Positions 12,361-26,113 of a stretch of 64,000 nt of DNA are shown here, piece after piece. The DNA lies in contig NC_043021.1 in NCBI RefSeq assembly GCF_006345805.1, positions 27,900,001-27,964,000 on the forward strand. Direction: 5' to 3'. The position numbers and the translations under genes were made by a program. The DNA comes from Octopus sinensis (taxonomy: Eukaryota). Each line of letters opens with the position of its first letter. Within the stretch, counting starts at the first letter, position 1. Under the pieces are notes generated by a model that searched no databases, was not told the origin of the DNA, and saw only the letters and a list, made by a program, of their open reading frames with translations.

Positions 12361-15300
12361 CAGAGACCTGCTCAGACGATTCCAACTGTCTGACAGGTAC
12401 CGACTCGACCACCCAAATGCACCAACGTGGACATGGAGCAACCGCAGTGGGTCGTCGAGATCGTATCTAGACCTATCTAGACCTACTGTGTAGGACAGTA
12501 GACAAGGATAACTTAGGATGTCCACAATTCCACACAGTCAGCTACACGGATCACAAATTGGTGACGTGTACGCTAGACTTAGATAAGGCACATAGACAGG
12601 GTCCTGGGTACTGGAAACTGAACGCATCATTCCCGTCCAGACAAGTTTTCAGAGACCGGATTAGCACACTAGTAAACAGGGCTTTGACGGGAGCCATCAT
12701 CAACAACAAATGGTGGTTTGCCCTCAAGAGAGCAGTAAAAGCAGAAGCGATTAGGTACAGCAAAGCACTAGCCATAGATAGAAATAGAGTAGAGGGTGAG
12801 CTAGTTAAGAAGCTAGAAGAGGCAATTAGAAGCGGCATCGCATCCGACGTTTTGGCGGCGAGGTTGGCCTCGACCAACACTTCAACGCCAAACACGAAGG
12901 ATGTGCTGTCAGAGCTAGGATGCGTGCTCTAAGGAACGAAGGTGTTGGAGCCGCGAGAGAGGCCGGGTGGCAGAGGCGCAACAGGGCACAAAGCCACCAT
13001 TCGGTCACTGGTAGATGAACAGGGGCGCGAATTGCTCGAGCCAAGTAAAATGTGTGAGGCCTTTCAGCAGCATTTTGCCCGACTGTTCGGGACGAGTGGA
13101 GGGCAAGAACGTAGGGTAGACTTCAGTGCCTACCTACATAGCCTGCCACGACTCCGACAAGAAAGGCAGGGTGCTGCGAAGGTGCCATCACGGCGGCGGA
13201 AGTGCGGGAAGCGATGGCAGAATGCTCGAGGGACAAATCACCCGGGTTGGATGGTCTACCCTACGAGTTTTACTATTGTATGCCAGACTTGTTGGAGACG
13301 TCTTGGCAGCGGTATACTGCAACTGGCAGCAAAACGGGAGCATACCGGTTTTGTGAGTCGAGGAGCTGTAACTCTGCTGAAGAAGATCCAAACAAGGGAA
13401 ACATTATAGATAACTTTAGGCCAATCACTCTGCTCAATGCAGACCTGAAAATTTTGACAAAGGTGTAGCCAAGAGAGGTTGGCGCTTGTCATGGAGAAAC
13501 TGGTCGACAACGCACAAACGTGCGCCGTGCCGGCCGGAGCATCCATGACAACCTCCATCTGATGCGCTACATCATAGACAGGGTAGTTAACGAACCTGGC
13601 ATGGGTGGGGCCCTGATCAACTTGGATCAATCGAAAGCCTTTGATAGGGTAGACCATCGATACTTGGAGGCAGTCCTGAGAGCGGCTGGTTTCGGTCCCG
13701 TCTTCGGCGGCTGGATAGCTGCCTTGTACAGAGGCATCCGTTCGGTAATTCGCGTAAATGGACATCTATCGAGACACTTCGACATTGCACGTTCGGTCCG
13801 TCAGGGATGCCCCCTCTCGGCGCTTCTATACGTATTGACTCTTGAGCCACTACTGCGGAAGCTGGCGACTCTGAGGGGCATCCCGCGAGAATTAGGATGC
13901 GGGACGAGCGTGTCTACATACGCGGACGACGTCACCGTCATAGTGTCAAGCCACGAGCACATCGAGCGGTCGGCGAGACACTGAAAGACTACGAAGCGGT
14001 GACAGGAGCAAAAATCAACGGGAAAAGTCAGTGGGCTTGCGGCTCGGCACCTGGAGAAGCAAACCCATGCCGTCCACCAGTACCTCCGTCGTGGGACGCT
14101 GGACAGACGGCCCGGTTGAGTTGCTCGGGGTCTGGTTCGGTCCGGACCTCCAAATGGAGAAGAACTGGAACGAGATAACGAGTAGGGTGGTCACTCTCGC
14201 CCAGCAATGGGCCGAGAGGAAACTGTCCCTAAAGGTCGGGCGGAGTGGTGGTGAACGCGTACATCGCGTCCATCATCTACTACCGCCTGACCGTCGTACC
14301 TTGTCCCGACCCTACCATCACCAAACTAGAACGCATCCTCTTCCGCTTCTTGTGGAAAGGATGCGTCCCGATGGTCAGGCGATCCATTTGCTGTCAACAC
14401 CCGTTAAAAAGGAGGGCTGGGCATGCCGTGGTTGATGATGCGCAGACACGCGCTGAGACTGCGACATCTCCGGCTCTATGTAGACGACGGTGAACAGGTG
14501 TGGTCGCGCCGTTTGTGAGGCACGCATTCCCGCAACTCGTCTCCATGACCGAACTACAGTCGTGGATCAAAAAGAGGCCGAAGAAGGGCGAATGGCACCG
14601 CGAGTGTCGCGTTGCTCTCAAGCAACTCTGCCGTCCCGGGTCGACCTTGAGTGACTTCAACACAAACCAAAGCATTCTATAGGGGATTAGTGGAGGGGAG
14701 GTACGACGACGAGCTCGGGGCAAACCTGGGCGTCGACGAGGAATACCTGACCCGCCTGTTTCAAACGACTTTCGGCCCGGGACCTATGGACAACTTCCAG
14801 AGATCCCTGGCCTGGCGGTGCTACCGAGAAGCGCTACCGTTCGGGATAAGCTCTATAGGCATGGCTCGAAAACACGGGGCCGACCTGCCCGAGATGCGGT
14901 CAGAGCGACGAAACCGCTCTGCACGCAATCGTGCAGTGTCCAGCAATTTCCCACCTGTGGGCTTATGTCGAACGACTGCTGTCAACGTGGGGACGTGTCG
15001 GTTTATCCGCCGAGTCTATCGTTAATATCGTCACGCCTCCTTCCTTCAAACGGGAAGGAAGAGCTATTTTTATCATACTTGTGGCTATGGCGAAAGAATG
15101 TATCGGGTGGACGGTCTGAGAAAGGATTAGAGACAAACACTTTCCTCTCTGGTCAATCTCTCATCAACTTCTTCAAGTATCACTTGAAGAAAAAAGTGAG
15201 AGTAGAGAGGCAAGTTTTGTCTAGTGAATGTTTTAAAAAAAGATGGGTGAATGTAGCAAGGATGGCACGCATGAATGACGAAGCCACCTTGACTATGATT

Positions 15301-15716
15301 CTATGAACCGTAAAAATTAATACAGAGAGTTGCTTATTTGCAAAAAAAAAAAAAGAAATATAACATGTGACTTCATTGACCGAGGTTACCGTGGTCTTTT
15401 CCGTGGGCTTTTCTTTCCACGGGTAAACCTCACCTGTCCTCCCCTTTACACTTCATATTGACATTTCTGTGATAACGATCCCTATTGATCAATTTTTTTT
15501 TCCTCTCCCCCCTTTTTTTACCCCCCCCCTTTTTTTTGTCCTCTTTCTCTCCTTTTACGATCCCTTTTGATCGACCCCCCCTTTTTTTATTTTATTTTAT
15601 TTTTTATTTTATTATTGTTATTATTTTTTAATTTTTTTTTTAAACCTTCAAAAGAAAAGCTCTACCTTGTAATTTGTTCTATCTGTGTGCAGCCCTGTGT
15701 GGCTAATAAAGAAACA
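12361..15716 (+). mobile_element. 5'-truncated Tx1-like LINE (subfamily A) with a heavily frameshifted ORF2
   Basis: Starts inside the APE domain (SYTDHKLV, GPGYWKLN). RT motifs NFRPITLLNADLKIL, LDQSKAFDRVDH, VRQGCPLS and YADD; Zn finger; AATAAA at 15705. TATC on both flanks. Confidence 0.93.
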
Positions 15717-15755
15717 TATTTATCTGTCTATCTATCTGTCTATCTATCTATCTAC

Positions 15756-15792
<37 letters not shown>

Positions 15793-15798
15793 CATCTA

Positions 15799-15903
15799 TG
15801 ATCGAAAACCTACGCCACCCCTTTTTTTTCATCCCCCAAAAGAAAAGCTCTACCTTGTAACTTGTCCCATCTGTGTGCAGCCCTGTGTGGCCAATAAAGA
15901 AAC
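15799..15903 (+). mobile_element. Tx1-like LINE 3'-terminal stub (about 105 bp, variant subfamily)
   Basis: GCCCTGTGTGGCCAATAAAGAAAC end, with TATC on both sides. Confidence 0.88.
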
Positions 15904-16015
<112 letters not shown>

Positions 16016-16215
16016 TGACGGATGTGATGTCAGTTCAGCTCTGAAGGTAATCATTTATTTTGACTATTTATAGGCCAATTTTTGTGTAGATTTTTGCAAA
16101 TAAGGTGTGTAAGGCAACCAACTTTCATTTGAGTGCTTTTCCAAGGTAGGAATTCGCCCCTAGGGGCAGTTTCGACCCCATTTCATTTCTGTTATTTTCT
16201 TCTCGACATTAGAAA

Positions 16216-18105
16216 ATGTCTAGAAATTTTATTGTTGAACGCTGGTCGCGTTCTTTTATGGAACAAAATTTTCCTAGTCTGGAAACGACAGAGAAAAAAA
16301 AGAACGTTCGCACGGAAAATGCCAACGTGAAATTCGGTGAAAGGAACGCTGCAACCACGTGCGTTAACAGCCCTGTCACCACCGCCACCACCACCACTAA
16401 CAACAGCAACCACGAGACAACAACTGCTACCACCACCACCTCCACCACCACCACCACCACTACCACGACCAACATAAATGATAAAAATAAAACTGAAACG
16501 AAAACTATTGACAAAAACAACAGCAACAACAAGAACAACAATAAAAATGAACTATCTAATAGTGAAGATGTTAATACGAAAAAATCAACAACAGTAAATT
16601 TCGCAGATATTCTTCGCCAGAAAAAGGAGATTGTTACATTCACAAATGAAGAGCTCATAGAAACAAGAGCTCTCTTTACAACCCGTGGACAAGATTTAGT
16701 CCTGCATACACCTCAACATATAAAACAAGAAATAGAAAATAAGACAATTGTATATAAAATCATTAGAAAAAACAAAAAAACCAAATGAACAGATTACAAA
16801 AACTGATGTGGAGAAATGTTTAAAAAACATAATGAAAGAAAAAGAGTATATAAACTGGGGTCCCCAGTTTAACACAGTAGTGGTCCGCTTCCTAACCAGG
16901 AAGTGGCAAAAGCTCACTCTACTGAGTCTCTGGGAAATGATGAAATCATCATGGTCCCTTATTATAAAAACCAGAGGGTGAGTAGAATTCCTATCAGAAA
17001 TGTACCCCCCGATATGCCGAACAAATGGATAACAGGGGCAATCTGTTACCACTTGAAAAAGATCAATATTCTAGAAACAGCCGTGTACCTAAACGACAAT
17101 TGGGGTGGAAAAACAGTAGTAGTGACCATCCAGATTGAGGGGGCCTCTATCGAGAGCCTACCAGACAAGATATACTTGGAGAATGGGCAATGCCTATATG
17201 TTATGGCAGAAGGCAAAAAGCCTAGATGCTACAAATGTGGCAGCCCCGAACATTTGATTGCCAAGTGCGATCTGGTACAGAAAAAACAAGAAAGAACAAT
17301 TCAGAAAACAAATAAAATCCCTTTGTTGCCAACACCAACACCAACACACTCAATTATGGAACAACGCCAAGAAAAACAACAAACCAGCAAACAAACCCCA
17401 ACAACATCACCAAGAAAAACAGTACCAACACAATCACCGTTGACGTCACAACCAATTAAACTTGTTGAATCTTCAAAAAATCGACCCACACCCACACCCA
17501 GGACGACAATTAAAAAGACAGAAAACACTGACGAGAAGACAAATGCTACCCCTAACACCAACAACAACACAAACACACCGCACAAAACATCAACAATTTA
17601 TACAAGCATACATAGTGATCCTGTTCTTTTTCCTCTACCCCATACTGATACCTCGGACGACAAAAGTTCGACGGAATGGCAAATAGCCACAGGGGGTAAA
17701 AGAAAAAGATCCAAAAAATCCACCAAACAAGGAATTAAAGCAGGGAGATATCTAACTCAGGACAACATCCCCCTAGACAATCAAAAAAGTAATGAACCCG
17801 TAAAACCACACACACAACTAACTGCAATAGACACAGACAATAAAGAATTAATGGACTACATCAAATCTAACATGGTCGTCTGTGAAGATGACTTTAAGAC
17901 AAACAATCATCCGCACACCACACCACCGAAACACATCAGAATTTTACACATAACACAAGCACAACGCCACATACTGAAAACAATATTTCCGAATGCGGTA
18001 GGCGGGTATCAACGATACCTGTCGAAAAAACTATACAAACACCTCATCAAAAACGATACAAAAGAAGAAGAAGAAAAAAATGAAACTTTTAAAATGAGTA
18101 AGTGA
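16216..18105 (+). pseudogene. LINE ORF1 (gag-like nucleic-acid chaperone) with two frameshifts
   Basis: ORF pieces 16216-16788, 16748-16981 and 16903-18105 join up. Thr/Asn-rich N-terminus and a CX2CX4HX4C knuckle, CYKCGSPEHLIAKC. Confidence 0.8.
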
Positions 18106-18162
18106 CCTCACTTCTTGCCTCTTGTCTCTTCTAATATAGTGTGTAAATCACAATTTTCGTAA

Positions 18163-21100
18163 ATGTCAAGTATGCTTAAATTAGGTTGTGTGAATGCGCG
18201 TGGCTTGGCGTCGGCTTGGAAGCAAGGTTACCTTCTAAACGACATCAAGTCACTGGACGTGGATATAGTAGCTATCAGTGAAACCAGACTCAGTACGCCG
18301 CGGGCCCTCGAGTCCATGTTTGGCAATCAATTTGACATTTATTTTTCTCCCTGTCTGCCGAACATGGGTGGTGGAGGTACTGCGGTGCTTTTTCGAAAGA
18401 GTCTAGAGGTAAAAGTAAGAGCAATATTCCTAGACCCGGAGGGTAGGCTGGTTGTCTTGGACGTGGATGGCAGAAATGGGTGTGCATTCCGTCAATTGGC
18501 AGTTTATGCACCGTCCTTAACGGGTCGGGCGGATTTCTTCAGACGTCTAGAGGTTTTCCTGGGTACGTCTAGACCTTTACTGTTAGTAGGGGATTGGAAC
18601 GCTACCTTGGACACGCATCTAGATTATGTGGGAAGGGATAGGAATAGAAGGGGGTGTAAGAGCCTCAAAGACCTGCTCAGACGTTTCCATTTGTCTGACA
18701 GGTTCCGACTCGACCATCCGAACGTGCCAACGTGGACTTGGACAAACCGCGTCGGATCGTCGAGATCTTATCTAGATAGAATTCTATGCAGGACAGCGGA
18801 TAGGGATAGTGTAGGATGTCCACAATTTAAAATAGTCAGCTACACAGATCACAAATTTGTTACGTGTACGCTCGACTTAGATAAAACACATAGGCAGGGT
18901 CCCGGTTACTGGAAACTGAACACGTCGCTGTTAGCGCGACAGGTTTACAGGAACCGGATTAGCGAGTTAATTAAGAGGGCGCTGACGGGAGCGGTCGTTA
19001 ACAACCGCTGGTGGTACGCCCTGAAAATGGCAATAAAATCGGAATCAATTAGGTTTAGCAAGGAATTATCGATAGAACGAAATAGAGTAGAGGGAGACTT
19101 AGTTAAGAAACTAGAAGAGGCACTTACCACTGGCGCGCAACCAACGTGCTGGCTGCGAGGATGGCCCTCGACCAACACCTCAACGCCAAGCACGAAGGTT
19201 GCGTCGTCAGAGCTAAAATGCGTGCCTTAAGGAACGAAGGATTGAATGCGCGAGAGGCCCGGGTAGCGGAGGCGCAGCGTGGCAACAGATCAACCATTCG
19301 GTCTCTAATAGATCAACAGGGATGCAGTTTACTCGAACCCGAAAGGATGTGTGAGGCCTTTCAACAGCACTTTGCTCGACTGTTTGGTGCGAGTGGTGGG
19401 TCGGAACGAGGGATGGATTTCAGTGCCTACCTGACCGACCTGCCGCGGCTCTCGGCAAGAAGCGGAGTGTTGTGAAAGTCCCATCACAGCCGCTGACGTG
19501 TGGGATGCGATGGCGGGCTGCGCGAGGGATAAGTCGCCTGGATTGGATGGTTTACCCTACGAGAGCTGTATTGTCGAATGCCAGACTTGTTTGGCGACCT
19601 CTTGGCATCAGTCTACTGCAACTGGCAACAAAACGGGAGAATCCCCGGTTTCGTGAGCCGAGGTGCAGTGACGTTGCTGAAGAAAGACTCAAACAAGGGG
19701 AATTTTATAGATAATTTCAGGCCCATCACTCTGCTCAACGCAGATTTGAAAATTTTGGCCAAAGTAATAGCCGAGAGGTTGGCGCTTGTCATTGGTAAAC
19801 TGGTCGACAGGGCGCAAACATGCGCCGTGCCGGGCAGAACCATACATGACAACCTCCATCTGATGCGCTACATTGTGGACAGGGTAGTTAAGGATCCTGG
19901 CATGGGTGGGGCGCTGATAAATTTGGATCAGTCTAAAGCCTTCGATAGGGTCGACCATCGGTACTTGGCGGCCGTCCTCAGGGCGGCTGGCTTCGGTCCC
20001 GTGTTCCGCGGTTGGATCGCTGCCTTGTATAGCGGCATCCGATCGGTGATTCGGGTGAACGGTCACCTGTCGAAACCGTTTGACATCACGCGTTCGGTCC
20101 GTCAGGGGTGTCCCCTGTCGGCGCTTCTGTATGTATTGACTCTCGAGCCGCTACTGCGGAAGCTGGCGACACTGAGGGGCATCCCACGGGAACTGGGTTG
20201 CGGGACGAGCGTGTCGGCATATGCGGACGATGTCACCGTCATAGTGTCGAGCTACCAGCACATCGAGCTGGTCGGCGAGACACTAAGAAAATATGAAACG
20301 GTGACGGGAGCAAAGATTAACCCGGAAAAGTCAGTGGGTTTGCTACTCGGCACCTGGAGAAGCAAGCCCATGCCGTCCGACTGCGGCTCAGTAGTGGGAC
20401 GCTGGACGGACGGGCCGGTTAAATTGCTCGGGGTCTGGTTCAGTCCGGACCTCCAAATGGATAAGAACTGGGACGAGATCACAAGTAGAGTGGTCGCTCT
20501 CAGCCAAACATGGGCCGAGAGAAAGCTGTCTCTAAAAGGCCGGGCGGAGGTGGCGAACGCGTACATCGCATCCGTCATCGATTACCGCCTGACCGTCGTA
20601 CCTTGCCCCGACGCCACCATCACCAAACTGGAACGCATACTCTTCCGCTTCCCGTGGAAGGGTGGTGTTCCGATGGTGAGGAAGTCCATTTGCTGTCAAC
20701 ATCCGTTGAATGGAGGACTGGGCATGCGGTGGTTGATGATGCGCAGGCATGCGCTGAGACTGCGACATCTCTGGAAATTCATCGACGACGGTGAACAGGT
20801 GTGGGCGCCGTTTGTGAGGCGCGACTTCCCGCAGCTCGTCTCACTGACCGAACTGCAAACGTGGATCAAAAAGAGACCGAAACTGGGCGATTGGCACCGA
20901 GAGTGTCGCCAAGCTCTACAGCAGCTCTGCCGACCGAGGTCAAACTTGTGCAACTTCCAAACGACTAAAGCGTTCTATAGAGGACTAGTGGAGGGGAGGT
21001 CCGACGACACACTCGGGGCAAACCTGGGCGTCGACGAGGAATTCCTAACCCGCCTGTTCAGGACGACGTTCGGGCCGGGGCCTATGGATAACTTCCAGAA

Positions 21101-21606
21101 ATCCCTGGCTTGGCAGTGCTATCGAGACGCACTACGTGTTCGAGAGAAGAGCTACAGACGGTTCGAAAACCATCACCGGACCGACCTGCCCGAGATGCGG
21201 TCAGAGCGACGAAACCGTTCTGCACGCACTCGTGCAGTGTCCAGATATTTCAGAGCTGTGGTCCTTCGTCGAACAGCTGTTGTCACGTGTAGGTCAGGCT
21301 CGCCTATCGGCCGAGTCTATCGTGAATATTGTTCCACCACCTTCCTTTAAACGGGAAGGGAAAACGGTTTTCGTTACGCTGATGGCTATGGCGAAAGAAT
21401 GTGTGTGGTGGACACGTTTGAAAGGACTGCAAACAAACACCTTCCTCTCTGGTCAGTCTCTCGTCAACTTTTTCAAGTACCACTTGAAAAGGTGGATGAG
21501 AATAGAGAGGAAGGCTTTGTCGAACGAATGTTTTAATAAAAAGTGGGTAAAAGTGGCAAAAATGGTCAGTATGAAAGACGACACTATTTTAAGCATAAAT
21601 CTGTAA
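18163..21606 (+). pseudogene. LINE ORF2: APE endonuclease, reverse transcriptase and C-terminal Zn finger, with about 3 frameshifts
   Basis: APE motifs NARGL, ISETR, YAP, GDWN, SYLDRI and TDH; RT motifs PGLDG, FRPITLLN, KAFDRV, RQGCPLS and AYADD; CPRC..ETVLH..C. Confidence 0.93.
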
Positions 21607-21724
21607 CCAAAAGAGACAATGAGAAGTAAGGCGACTTACTCATGTGTTCTTTTTCGAATTGTCTGAGGTGACCTTGGTCTTTTTTGCAGGTTTTTCTTTC
21701 CAAGACTACACCTAAACTGTGAAC

Positions 21725-21755
<31 letters not shown>

Positions 21756-21915
21756 TGCTTTTTTATACACCACACAACCCACAGATCCCTATTGATCAAA
21801 CGTTTTTTTTTTTTTTTTTTTTTCCCCACCCATCCCACCTCGAAAAGAAAAAATTCTACATTGTATTTCGTCCATTTTTATTCTGTGTTTAGCCCTGTGT
21901 GGCTACAATAAAAAG

Positions 21916-21916
<1 letters not shown>

Positions 21917-22004
<88 letters not shown>

Positions 22005-22005
22005 C

Positions 22006-22077
<72 letters not shown>

Positions 22078-22105
22078 GTCTGTCTATCTATCTATCTGTC
22101 TGTCT
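21917..22105. repeat. (TATC)n microsatellite at the right edge of the LINE array
   Basis: Direct read. Confidence 0.98.
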
Positions 22106-22131
22106 ATTCATCCCCTCTCTCTCTCTCTCTG

Positions 22132-22162
<31 letters not shown>

Positions 22163-22532
22163 TACATACATACATACATACATACACACACACATATATA
22201 TATATATATATGTACAAAAGAAAAATTATTTCTATGCCAATATGCTGATAACAGACTTTTAAATCGTCAATTTCCACATATTATTATGTACCCACTACAG
22301 AAATACGTTTATGTTGAAATCGAGGAAAGCTAGCCAGCAGAATTTTAAAAAAAAGTTTGTTATTCCTATATTGAATCAATTTCGGAATTAATCTCATAAT
22401 AGATTTTCTCCTCTTCAGTAGGAAATACAAATAGAAATAAATGAAATACTTACATGCGCCCATGAAAAAACGCTTCGGCTATTTTCCATGGTAGTTAAAA
22501 TTAAAATAAGCGACAAGGATAGCCAGAGATAA

Positions 22533-22619
22533 TGCAGTACGATCGTTTCATGCAACTCCATTTAATTGAACAATGCAATCATTACATCAATTTAAAATGC
22601 AGAGCAATCTTCAGCTACA
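22533..22619 (-). ncRNA. Type I hammerhead-like motif
   Basis: On the minus strand: TGTAG-CTGAAGA-T-TGC..GCA-T-GAAAC-GATC-GTA-CTGCA. Stem III is the palindrome ACGATCGT. Confidence 0.65.
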
Positions 22620-23019
22620 CAAAGGCATAGAATTTAATTAAATTAGAACAGATGGACTCATTAGTATAATTATACCTAAAATCTCCAGGAAGTTAAGGAG
22701 ATAGACAAGAACATGCTGTCTCAATCCAGCATAGAAGTTACTAAGTTTTCAAGAAAATATACATTGTTACAAGCTCTGCCTGTCACTGATTCTTCTTTTT
22801 TCTGGGTCAGTTTTAATTTATAGACTAGTTTATCAAAGCCATTGTATATCTAAGGCTGAGAGAACAGAGGGCAGTATCGGTTAGGGGTAGGGCTGAGGGA
22901 GCAAACATACATCATAGTTGGTATAGTCATAAAAATCAAGATTTATTAGAAGCAATATCATGAGGTTTGGTAAATATATATATATATGTATGCATGTGCG
23001 TGTATGTGTGTGCGTGAGA

Positions 23020-23099
<80 letters not shown>

Positions 23100-23188
23100 G
23101 TAAATATATGAGTTTGATAGTGTGAGTGTGTGTGTGTTTGCACGCACGCATAATGGCTGTGAGCTCATCCTCCTAAAACCTGCCTTTG

Positions 23189-23275
23189 TGCAGCTGAACA
23201 TTGCTCTGCATTTTAAATTGATTTAATGATTGCATTGTTCAATTAAATGGAGCTGCATGAAACGATCGTACTGCA
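23189..23275 (+). ncRNA. Type I hammerhead-like motif, inverted partner of 22533-22619 with a G8C core change
   Basis: TGCAG-CTGAACA-T-TGC..GCA-T-GAAAC-GATC-GTA-CTGCA. Confidence 0.55.
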
Positions 23276-23304
23276 TTACCTCTGGCTATCCTTGTTGCTT
23301 ATTT

Positions 23305-23340
<36 letters not shown>

Positions 23341-23544
23341 TAGCAGAGATACCCGGCGTTGCCCGGTTACATTCAATAGAAGAATTAGACTTTTCTGTTA
23401 TATATATATATATGGATATACACACACACACACACACACACACAAATATATGTATATTAATATAAATACATGAAAGTACATGAAGTTTGTTAAAAAAAAA
23501 GGGGATCATGTATATACCTTCTGGCTGTTGAGATTATAACACCT

Positions 23545-24935
23545 CGTTGTAAACAATGTTCCTTGTTTTTCCTTGTGGAGCATATACAAAAAGGTTTCTT
23601 TTGGTTCCTACTCTTGAGCAGCCAACATACAGTTGCCTATGCGAGAAGCAGGGCTCTTCCAAGAGAAGACCAGCTACAGAGAGGGTTTGACCCTGAGATT
23701 TGTTAATGGACATGGCAAGGCTGACACGTGCAGTCTTCTGAATGTAAATGGAATTTCTGCTCCTGATGGAGTAAGAAGAAATCTTGGAATAAAGACGTCA
23801 TCACCTTTTCCACATCCAGAAAGAATGATCGCCTTGATAACGTGTAATATCATTTTCTTTATCACCAGTCGTGTTCCATTGCAAAGTCTTGGTGCTTCCA
23901 GATTGCGGAGTAGCATTACAGGAGTTCCAACTTTAAGTGGTAATATGTGTGGAGGTAGTCGAGGAGGGCTCCAGTGAATTGAGAAATTCAGGAGGATAGT
24001 TCACAACTTCATTTATATCAGGAATTGTATCAACAGACCTGTAAGTGTGTATAGTGCCGGGAAGAGAATGCATTGATTAATTTTTTTAACAGCGACGTTT
24101 TTTGGAGCTAATATTGCTCTTTAACACAGCCAATTGTGATTTTGGTAGTTTTGTGTGAAGTTGAGAAAGACTTTGTTTTTGAGGTCATCTACAGAATTAA
24201 CAACAGAGGAAAATGACCACACTTCCACTTGTCCTGCAGCATCGAGAGGCATCTTGCCTTCACCAAGTGTCAAAATGTCCTGTGCAAACTTTGTGGACAT
24301 TTTGTCGTCGTGTAGCTGAGCTCTCATGTTAGTGGTGAGACTAAAGATTGTAACATGATGCCACAGGGTAGAGGACTTCAGGCATGCTTGAACTTCATCA
24401 GCTCTAGTGCCTTTCGGAATGACAGGAAGAGTTTGCCTGAAATCACCTGACAGCAGAAGCGTTACACCTCCCATTGGAGCCTGACAGTCTCGGATGTCTT
24501 TCAGGGCTCTATCTAATGCTTCCAAAGCTCCCTTGTGAGCCATAGTGCACTAATTCCAGACAATTACATAACACATTTTAAATACTTGTCCCTGATCTGA
24601 GCTTTTGTTGATGTTGCATGAAGGTATTTCGGATGCTGTTTAATTGAGAGGGAGTTTAAAAGTTGAATGTGCTGTCCTCCCACCAGGTAACAAAGTAGCT
24701 GCAATGCCAGAGGAGGCTACAGCTACTGCAATGTCATGATGCTACCTAACTTCTGCAAGGAGAAGCTTTGTAATAAATGTTTTTCCTGTCCCTCCAGGAG
24801 CGTCGAGGAAGAAGATTCGTCCCTCGCGTTGGCGTACACTGTTAAGAATAGTTCTGTAGGCCTGCAGCTGGTCCGGAAGTAATTTAGGCTCATTTTCAAC
24901 GATGTACTTTGAAAGCGCTTGAGTGTCGTAGGTTG
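23545..24935 (-). pseudogene. Helitron RepHel PIF1-type helicase domain
   Basis: IFFLDAPGGTGKTF (Walker A), LLLSGDFRQTLPVI, LLRNLEAPRLCNGTRL, SINKSQGQTL and QLYVGCSRV, with frameshifts and stops. Confidence 0.92.
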
Positions 24936-24944
24936 TATATATGT

Positions 24945-25080
24945 ACAACATCCACTGAGAAGGCTTTTGTTGGTCTGAAGCTACAGCAGAAGACACATGC
25001 CAAGTCACCACACAGTGGGACTGAACCCAGGACCATGTGTTTGGAACGTAGTTTGTTACCACACAGCCACACCTGCCCCT
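24945..25080 (-). mobile_element. SINE 5' part
   Basis: Minus-strand head GGTGTGGCTGTGTGG..GGGTTCAGTCCC; homologous to 8250-8390. Confidence 0.7.
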
Positions 25081-25194
25081 ATGTATGTGTGTGTGTGTGC
25101 GTGTGTGTGTATGGGTAGATATATTATGCATGTATATATGTGTATATATATATGTGTACATATTACATGCATATCTATATATATACATCTACAC

Positions 25195-25560
25195 ATAATA
25201 TACAAAATATCGCTAGTGATAACAATATTCAAAATATATAACAGACTGGAATTGTAGGCCCGTCTCTTGCAATTACGATCAATTGGATCTTGTCCTCCCT
25301 CTAGTATAGAAGTGTACGGCTGCAGTGAAATTCATTTTTGGACTTACTTCTATGGAAGGCATTTTAACAAAAATGCTTCCGTAAAGACGGTGAAAATATT
25401 GTCAATTTCCCCAAACAGGGATACAATTCAATTTTTAAACAATAACGAAAGCCCCCTTTCCGAAAGAGGGAGGGTTACGGTTTACAATTATTTAACAAAT
25501 GCAACACAACGTTTCCCTGACGAGGAACCAACAAACGTGATTACAATAGTCAAACACTAA
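25195..25560 (+). mobile_element. Possible highly decayed PLE 3' end
   Basis: HIIYKIS..IY(G)QTG-like GIY-YIG remnant across a frameshift, and a CTGACGAGG..AAACGT remnant at 25517. Weak. Confidence 0.3.
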
Positions 25561-26113
25561 TAAGAATAACAACAAGCCTTTTTAATTTATCCCCATTTAT
25601 GTGAAACCACTTATTCAAGTTCAAGTCATTGATACAATTTTATACGAATTGCTAATACACACACACACACACACGCACGCACACACACACATAATAAGGG
25701 TGAAAAATTGAATATTAATTTGATTAATATGAATTGAAAACCAGTGGTGTAGCATATAAGACCATAGCGGATCTTCCTCTAGCAAAAACGATGACCACTA
25801 TTAATGGCTCATCCCTGTTATATAATACTTTCACTTTAATAGTTTCACACTTGCAAAGAGAAAGTAGGAGAAAGTGTGGTGGTAATAGCAGGAGTAAACC
25901 ACTTGAAATGAGAGAGGCAAATCGTAAAATATTGAGTTTTCTCGAATTTTTGCTTAATTGGGGGTCAAATTGAAAAACTTTTTATGCCATGACCCAATCG
26001 AATCTACTTGGAAAAATCATAGGTAAATTCCAATTGAAGAAATTCTATATTGTAGAATTGTATTAAAAAGAAACATAGGAACAGGCAGAGAAAATCTGCC
26101 TTTTATCATAAGA

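Larger units (their letters stand above)
16016..21915 (+). mobile_element. Near full-length L1/Tx1-like LINE (subfamily B), about 5.9 kb
   Basis: 5'UTR, ORF1, ORF2 and a 3'UTR with AATAAA (21907-21912). (TATC)n directly abuts both ends (15905-16015 and 21917-22105). Confidence 0.93.
23340..26113 (-). mobile_element. Internally deleted Helitron with PIF1 helicase remnants and secondary insertions
   Basis: On the minus strand: 5' TC at 26113 and 3' GC-rich hairpin plus CTAG at 23340-23343. Helicase motifs DAPGGTGKT, GDFRQ, CNGTRL and INKSQGQT. Confidence 0.8.
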
